From positions 1,152,001 to 1,216,000 of the forward strand of contig CAWIIP010000002.1 in NCBI GenBank assembly GCA_963836235.1: DNA of 64,000 nucleotides, written 5' to 3'. Source of the stretch: an uncultured Pseudomonadota bacterium. GTDB taxonomy: Bacteria; Oederibacteriota; Muellerivitia; Muellerivitales; Muellerivitaceae. Shown piece after piece: positions 58,278 through 64,000 of this stretch (within the stretch, counting starts at the first letter, position 1; every line of letters starts with the position of its first letter). Under the pieces are notes generated by a model. That model saw nothing but the letters and a program-made list of their open reading frames with translations. It made no database searches and had not been told where the DNA came from. A program made the translations under genes and the position numbers.

Positions 58278-59495
58278 CTACTTTGGTTGGATGGAGTACC
58301 ATGAAATACCCAAAGCCCCAGGATGCCAGTTGATCGTGACCGGATCCCCAACCTGGTATTGGGAGTAGGTCTTCTTACCAACCACGTATGACTTCCTATC
58401 CGTAACAGGCCCCCATGGGCTCAAGACGAACCAAAAGGAAGTATATTTACCATGGGTAATATCCTTGCCCAACAAAGTGGTTGGATAAGGAGTCGAGTCA
58501 GCAAAGTCCCAACAAGAGTTCAAATTGAGAGTGCCGGAAAAAGCGCAAATCCAGCAAAACATGAAGGAAAGAAACAAATTACTGAAGGAATTTCTCGCCT
58601 CCTGAACTCCGCACCACAAAACACCCGCAAGGACAAAGGCATAGAGAAAGTTAATAATCCAAAAAACCGTCCAGCCTAAAATTCTATCGATGAAAGCCCC
58701 GGATAAAAAAACAGGGAAAATGGAAAGAACGAACAAGGCGAAGGCAATGCTTGGAAAGGGGTTGCTCATTTTCGCAAAAGCCGTCACCTTGCCTTGATAA
58801 GTCCACAAGACGTAAATGCAGGAAAGGGGTAAAAGAGAAAGAAGCGTCGAGGAAACGACGCGGTGTCCTGGATCGATCAAAGCTTCGAATAAGATCGCCA
58901 TGGTGAATACGAAAATAGCCAAATTGAACAAAAGCGTGAAGTTTTTTATTTTCCAAAAGTTGGCCTTTCTCTCTTCCGTAGTGGACCCAAAGCTCGAATT
59001 GGAATCGATGAGGTCACTCTCCTGTTTTCTCTTTAAACCCATGACACTCCCATAAGTGGCTTGGGCCAAACCCTTCAGTTCATCCCCCTCGATCAGACCG
59101 GTTTGGATCGTGAGTAGGGTTTTCTCGTTTTTTGACATAAAACGCAGGGTACCCCGGTCCATCAAACAAATTTCCAAGTCGGTAACCGATATGGATTTTG
59201 TCCTGAAAAAACCCACTACTTTCACAAGGGGCCCGTCCCAAGTCACGCAATAACAAAAGGCTCCCCTGATCAAAAAAACACTGGTCACCCACAGGGGCAA
59301 AGCGATCAAGCCAAAGATGAGAAAGTTGGAATCGCAAGAACCCGCCACAGAGAAAAAAGGGTACATCGCGAAAAAGGCGCTGAGTAAGGCGAGGAACACA
59401 CCAAATCCGATCCATCCGATGCGGGTGGATGGGGTGAAACGGTAGGTTTTGAGTTCCCTATTTTTTCTGGGATCTTCTGGATTAAAGGTCGACAA
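58278..59495 (-). CDS. Hypothetical multi-pass membrane protein
   Basis: 405 aa, about 7 TMs, C-terminal PGALGISWY; GGAGG RBS. Confidence 0.7.
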   Translation of the reverse strand: MSTFNPEDPRKNRELKTYRFTPSTRIGWIGFGVFLALLSAFFAMYPFFSVAGSCDSNFLIFGLIALPLWVTSVFLIRGAFCYCVTWDGPLVKVVGFFRTKSISVTDLEICLMDRGTLRFMSKNEKTLLTIQTGLIEGDELKGLAQATYGSVMGLKRKQESDLIDSNSSFGSTTEERKANFWKIKNFTLLFNLAIFVFTMAILFEALIDPGHRVVSSTLLSLLPLSCIYVLWTYQGKVTAFAKMSNPFPSIAFALFVLSIFPVFLSGAFIDRILGWTVFWIINFLYAFVLAGVLWCGVQEARNSFSNLFLSFMFCWICAFSGTLNLNSCWDFADSTPYPTTLLGKDITHGKYTSFWFVLSPWGPVTDRKSYVVGKKTYSQYQVGDPVTINWHPGALGISWYSIQPK

Positions 59496-59567
59496 AAAAA
59501 CACCTCCTTGCTATTTAAAACCCGATATCTAACCTTCTTAAAGCTCCCCACTTGGCCGGACTATCGG

Positions 59568-60140
59568 TTAGGCCCTTCCCCTTTTCTTGGCCTGTCGCTT
59601 ACGCAGATCCCGGCGCGTGCGCACGATGGCGAACCACAGAATGAGCTCCCAAGCGCTATAAATACTGTTTAACAGGATGATGAGGGTCGAAACCGCGAGC
59701 ACGCCGAAGGGCGTATGTCCCATCCAAAAGGCGGCGCCGCAGCCCGTGAACCCGAGATACACCGCCAACGGCACGATGAAGCCGGACAGCCAATCCGCCA
59801 TCCCCAAATCGTTGAATTGGCGTTGGGCGGTGCTCAAACCCCGGTGGACCCCGGCGAGAACCATCAGGCTCAACAGGCCGACACCCGTCAAAAGACCGCC
59901 GAAAAGGGCGGTCTGCATCCCGGGCATGAGCGCTATGCCCGCGATGACGACTACCTGGACGAAATGGAGGATGGTGGGGTCGAGAAAAGCGCGCGCGATC
60001 GGCATGTTTTTTTCGTCGATGAGGTGCGCGCCGAAGGTGACGGCCACGAACATCAAGCCGATCAGCGTGAAGGCGCCGGTACCCACGAGCAGGTAAAAAT
60101 CGTGCCAGGACGTGAGGATCGTTTCAAAAGACGGGGTCAT
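59568..60140 (-). CDS. Hypothetical membrane protein
   Basis: WHDFYLLVGTGAFTLIGLMFVAVT...AWEL; five TMs. Confidence 0.7.
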   Translation of the reverse strand: MTPSFETILTSWHDFYLLVGTGAFTLIGLMFVAVTFGAHLIDEKNMPIARAFLDPTILHFVQVVVIAGIALMPGMQTALFGGLLTGVGLLSLMVLAGVHRGLSTAQRQFNDLGMADWLSGFIVPLAVYLGFTGCGAAFWMGHTPFGVLAVSTLIILLNSIYSAWELILWFAIVRTRRDLRKRQAKKRGRA

Positions 60141-60152
60141 GGGGTCTCCTAA

Positions 60153-60452
60153 TCAAGGCAAAGGCCGCCTTTTCTTCCAATAACCCGGCTTTCGGGATAA
60201 GTGTCCAACCGCGATAACGACGCATTGGTTGCCGGCGGGTCGATAGTAGATGCCGTAGGGAAACCATTTTAACAGACAGCGGCGTAACGACGGCGGGGCG
60301 ACGAGTGTCCAGGCTTCCGGATGGGTCTTAATCCGTTGAAGCCCATCCTGAACGGCCTCAAGAAACCTTTCTTCCAACCCCGGAAGTTGGGCTTGGTAAT
60401 ACCTGGCGGAGTCGAGAATATCCGACTTCGCGGCCGGAAGAATAATCATCAT
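60153..60452 (-). CDS. ParE/RelE-family toxin
   Basis: A..DI..SARYY....GL..RF...RRCLLKWFPYGIYY...VIAVGHLSRKPGYW. Confidence 0.85.
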   Translation of the reverse strand: MMIILPAAKSDILDSARYYQAQLPGLEERFLEAVQDGLQRIKTHPEAWTLVAPPSLRRCLLKWFPYGIYYRPAGNQCVVIAVGHLSRKPGYWKKRRPLP

Positions 60453-60805
60453 TTATTTTTGAGCTGCCTTCGGATTTGGGCGATGGCCTTGTCGGCCGGA
60501 ATGGCCTTGGTTTTACCATCCAGAAAATCCTGGTAACGCCTTTCACATTCGGCGATCCAGGCTTTAAGAACCTCCGGGTCATCCGCCATATAGGCCACCG
60601 CGGATTCGGCAGCTTGCGGCGGGGCACCCTTGGTCCGGTTCCTTCGGTGGCGGTACAGGTCTTCGTCGAAAGTTTCCTCTTTCAAGTCGCTCATTAAGGC
60701 CACCGGTTTTCCATGGGAAGTCAGGATGATTTCCTTCTCTTTTTTCAGCTGGTTCAAGACGGCACGCGGATGGTTTCGGACGTCGCGCAAAGGCACGAAT
60801 TTCAT
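60449..60805 (-). CDS. Antitoxin: Phd/YefM domain fused to an addiction-module domain
   Basis: N-terminal ILTSHGKPVALM; C-terminal AWIAECERRYQDFLDGKTKAIP. Confidence 0.75.
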   Translation of the reverse strand: MKFVPLRDVRNHPRAVLNQLKKEKEIILTSHGKPVALMSDLKEETFDEDLYRHRRNRTKGAPPQAAESAVAYMADDPEVLKAWIAECERRYQDFLDGKTKAIPADKAIAQIRRQLKNK

Positions 60806-60880
60806 GGGCCTCTCCTGTAGTCAAAATGTAGCTCAATTGTAGTCAAACCAGGGAGTGCCTTCAAGGAAACCCCTGGTAAT

Positions 60881-60913
60881 AAAAAAAGGGAACCCCTTTC
60901 GGGATTCCCCTTT
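60881..60913 (-). terminator. Rho-independent terminator after ahpC
   Basis: Hairpin with A-tract on + (U-tract on -). Confidence 0.7.
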
Positions 60914-60930
60914 AAAAACAAACTCCAAAC

Positions 60931-61452
60931 TTAGTTGATCGTCTTTTCTCCCGGAGTCCAGCCGCAGCCCGTCAGCTTGCCGGTCTCAAAGGCCGCCAAG
61001 GTGCGGATGGTCTCTTCCACGTTACGGCCGACGGCCGTGTCGTTCACGGTGGAATGCTTCAAATTCCCCTCGGGGTCGATGACGAAGGTGCCGCGCAAGG
61101 CGATGCCCTTATCCTCGATCAAGACGCCGTAGGCGCGGGAAATATGGTGGGCGGTGTCCGCCAAATGGGGGAACTTCAGCTTGCCCAGGCCGGCTTCCTG
61201 CCAGGCCTTGTGGCTGTAGACGCTGTCGGTGGAGGCCGTGATGACTTCGGCGCCCATCTTCTTGAACTCCTCGTACTTCTCGTTGAAGGCTTTGATTTCC
61301 GTCGGGCACACGAAGGTGAAATCGAGGGGGTAAAAGAACAAAACCACCCACTTCCCCTTATAGTCCGAAAGCTTCACTTCCTTAAACTCGCCATTCGGCA
61401 TTACCGCTTGTCCCTGAAAATCAGGGGCTTTTTGTCCCACTTGAACTGGCAT
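60931..61452 (-). CDS. ahpC: 2-Cys peroxiredoxin
   Basis: FFYPLDFTFVCPTE, ALRGTFVIDPEG, VGRNVEE. Confidence 0.93.
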   Translation of the reverse strand: MPVQVGQKAPDFQGQAVMPNGEFKEVKLSDYKGKWVVLFFYPLDFTFVCPTEIKAFNEKYEEFKKMGAEVITASTDSVYSHKAWQEAGLGKLKFPHLADTAHHISRAYGVLIEDKGIALRGTFVIDPEGNLKHSTVNDTAVGRNVEETIRTLAAFETGKLTGCGWTPGEKTIN

Positions 61453-61761
61453 CGCACGGCCTCCTTTTGATTTAACTTTTCACTGCTTTTGAGAGAGCTG
61501 TAGTATCCAAATCTCACCTACCCGGTTCAAGACCTTCTACAAAATAATTGCTCTTCCATCAGTATTTAAACCTAAAAACGGCAGTCGGGCCGCAAATCAG
61601 CGTAAATTTTCGCGGATTTAAAAGGCAAACCAAAAGAACTTCAAGAAAAGGCATCTCACCTTTTGGGTGAGGATTGGTGAATATTGTTTTTGTTTTAAAA
61701 TCAGCGTCAATTTGCGCAAATCCGCGGCAAATGGCTTTTTTTGATTTTTTGTTCGGAGTTC

Positions 61762-62772
61762 TTACTTCAACAGGGTTTGTTCAACGGGCCTTCGGTGGGT
61801 ATGGGGCCATTTCTTGTTTTCGGGCTGGCCAAAACGGACCAGCAAAACCGGCTCTTCCCCTTCCGCCGCCCCAAACCTTTGCCTTAATTCCGCGTGGCAA
61901 AATTCCAGGGAAATCGGAAGGTGGAGGATTTGGAAACCCAATTCCATTTCATTCAAAGTCAGCAATATCCTCTGCGTCCACCGGCCCGCGTTTAAATATC
62001 CCAGGGGACCCGGATTCCGGGTCGTCATCAACAAAAAGGCGGGGGCTTCGATCCCATGTCCCTGGCGCAGGAGCGCCTGCCGGGCGACTTCCTGGATTTC
62101 CTTCCCTAAAGCCAAGTACCTCAAAAAAGCGAAGCGAGCCTTCACCGAGATCGGCAGTCCGATGTGGGCCACCGGCAGACCTTCCGGCCCATTGGTTTTC
62201 GGGGTAATCCACCGGGCGCCTTCTTGGACCATAGCGGTTTTTCGGGAACCCTCGTGGGAAAGGTCGTGAAGAAGCAGGGACAACTCCTTGCGTTTCGCTT
62301 CCTCCGTCATGTAATGAATTTTTTCCTGGTCGGAAAAAGCCGGGAGGACCCAAAGCCGTTCCAAATGAATGTCCGCCACCGAGCCCGGTTTGTAGGCGCC
62401 CGCGTGGGAATGGCGGATCAGCAAAGTGGAAAAGAGGGGCTCGGGCATCACTTCCGAAACGGGCTTTAGTTCCAAGCGCGCGGCGGGAAAAAGTTTTTTT
62501 CCCGAGAGCCCTTGGGGAAAAAGCTTTTCATGGACTTCATATCCCAAGGCGGGGCCGGCGAGAACGATATTCTCCAGGCAAGCGCCCAAGGCCAGGTACA
62601 ACTCCCTTTGGCCGGGGTCCAATTCCAAGGGCCGGGCCCGCGCTTCATCCGGATAAACCTCGATCGCGCCGTCGGAGGCGCTAAGGGAAAACTTCCAGGG
62701 CTGGCTGTTATAAATGGAAGGGGCCAGAACGGCATATTCCAAAAGCCGCCGTTGGATTTTGTCGTAGCTCAT
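61762..62772 (-). CDS. Acg-like nitroreductase-family protein
   Basis: LAPSIYNSQPWKF, DP..RE...LGACLEN, AGR..QRILL, LLVRFG. Confidence 0.8.
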   Translation of the reverse strand: MSYDKIQRRLLEYAVLAPSIYNSQPWKFSLSASDGAIEVYPDEARARPLELDPGQRELYLALGACLENIVLAGPALGYEVHEKLFPQGLSGKKLFPAARLELKPVSEVMPEPLFSTLLIRHSHAGAYKPGSVADIHLERLWVLPAFSDQEKIHYMTEEAKRKELSLLLHDLSHEGSRKTAMVQEGARWITPKTNGPEGLPVAHIGLPISVKARFAFLRYLALGKEIQEVARQALLRQGHGIEAPAFLLMTTRNPGPLGYLNAGRWTQRILLTLNEMELGFQILHLPISLEFCHAELRQRFGAAEGEEPVLLVRFGQPENKKWPHTHRRPVEQTLLK

Positions 62773-62871
62773 CGTAAATCCCCGTTCAAAACGAGTTTGA
62801 AAGCGGCCCAAAGTCGGGGTTGGACTTTTTCCCCCGGCTGTTACAATAGTCCAAGACGAACAAGGAATCCA

Positions 62872-63309
62872 ATGCCCAACGACGATACTCAAATTAAAAT
62901 GCTGACCCTGGAGGAGGCCAATGCCCTTCTCCCCCAGATCCGCCTGACCTTGAAGTCCCTGCGGGAAATGCGTTCGGGTATTTTACGCACCCAGGCCCAG
63001 ATTGAGATTGAGGAAATGACGAATACCGCCTCTGAGGGGGAGCTGACCCCCCGGGGCAAGGCCGCCGTGACCAAGCAAATGGAGGCTTTTCACCAGCAAA
63101 CCCGTCAATTCGAGGAAAGATTGGAACAGCTGTTTCAATCGGGCGCCCACTTGAAGGACCTGGATAAGGGATTGGTTGATTTTTACTCCCGCCGCGGCAC
63201 AGAGATCATTTTTCTCTGTTGGATAGAAGGCGAGGAGGAAATCGGCCATTGGCATACCCTCCAGGGCGGTTTCCCCAGCCGCAAACCCCTCGACCATCCC
63301 CGCTTCTAA
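62872..63309 (+). CDS. DUF2203-like protein
   Basis: TLEEANALLP, LKDLDKGLVDF, LCWIEGE..I.HWH...GGF..RKPL. Confidence 0.8.
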   Translation: MPNDDTQIKMLTLEEANALLPQIRLTLKSLREMRSGILRTQAQIEIEEMTNTASEGELTPRGKAAVTKQMEAFHQQTRQFEERLEQLFQSGAHLKDLDKGLVDFYSRRGTEIIFLCWIEGEEEIGHWHTLQGGFPSRKPLDHPRF

Positions 63310-63425
63310 AACCCTGAAAAACCGGGCTTATTTGTTCCCCTCTTTTAACGCGCTCGCCTATTCATTCAAAATCATTTGTGTTAATTTGTCCGTCCGACGC
63401 CGTTTATCCCACGAAGGAGCCTTTC

Positions 63426-64000
63426 ATGTCCAAACCCTTTGACCAAGCCGATACCCTAGCGATTAATACCATTCGGATGCTGGCCGTGGACGCCACCGCC
63501 AAGGCCAATTCGGGCCATCCCGGCATGCCCATGGGCATGGCCGCCGTCGCCCACGTGCTTTGGAGCCGCCACCTGAAACATTCGCCTTCCAACCCCCATT
63601 GGACGGACCGGGACCGTTTCGTGCTGTCCGCCGGCCACGGTTCCATGCTGATCTACTCCCTTCTTCACTTACACGGCTACAACCTGTCCCTGGAAGAGCT
63701 AAAAAATTTCCGCCAATGGGGCAGCAAAACCCCCGGCCATCCCGAATATGGCCACACCGAGGGCGTGGAAACCACCACCGGCCCCTTGGGACAGGGCATC
63801 GCCACCGCCGTGGGTTTCGCCATGGGAGAGAGGATCATGGCCGCCCGCTTCGGGGACGAACTGGTGAACCATAAAACCTGGGTCATCGCCTCCGACGGCG
63901 ACCTGCAGGAAGGCGTGTCCCACGAGGCTTGCTCGCTGGCCGGACATTTGAAGCTGGCCAACCTCAAGGTGATTTACGACGACAACCATATTTCCATCGA
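63426..64000 (+). CDS. tkt: Transketolase (runs off window end)
   Basis: [60 protein letters not shown]. Confidence 0.96.
   Translation, partial: MSKPFDQADTLAINTIRMLAVDATAKANSGHPGMPMGMAAVAHVLWSRHLKHSPSNPHWTDRDRFVLSAGHGSMLIYSLLHLHGYNLSLEELKNFRQWGSKTPGHPEYGHTEGVETTTGPLGQGIATAVGFAMGERIMAARFGDELVNHKTWVIASDGDLQEGVSHEACSLAGHLKLANLKVIYDDNHISI

Overview
Chromosomal window of a diderm bacterium, roughly 50% GC. Housekeeping blocks: ald, beta-carbonic anhydrase, serS and dCMP deaminase at 1-10.3 kb; a carotenoid-type GT2/CrtC-like pair at 37-39.5 kb; ahpC, a nitroreductase and tkt at 61-64 kb. Two accessory regions lie between them. (1) A ~24.4 kb integrative mobilizable element (10414-34791) at tRNA-Ser(TGA). 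It duplicates the 5' half of the tRNA and carries a tyrosine integrase, excisionase, Replic_Relax-type relaxase, VirD4-like coupling protein and defence-like cargo (type III R-M, GNAT-PIN + ASCH, AbiE-like pairs, FRG, PIN, S49 protease, primase-helicase, RadC). (2) The most striking feature: a ~13.5 kb array (40093-53568) of co-oriented, mostly single-gene or toxin-antitoxin cassettes. They are separated by 14 same-orientation copies of a 28-bp site TGTCCACGACG-GGTCCC-CGTCGTGGACA (11-6-11 inverted arms). The array begins just downstream of an unusual ParB-like gene with a predicted membrane anchor. It resembles an integron cassette array, but the sites are not attC, dif or CRISPR repeats and no integron integrase is visible, so it is a candidate undescribed gene-capture system. 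Also present: an IS66-family element with an 8-bp TSD, a ~70-bp structured mini-element in two copies, tRNA-3'-end-duplicating mini-elements and three gene-3'-end duplications. All protein calls come from motif recognition by eye; no database was searched.
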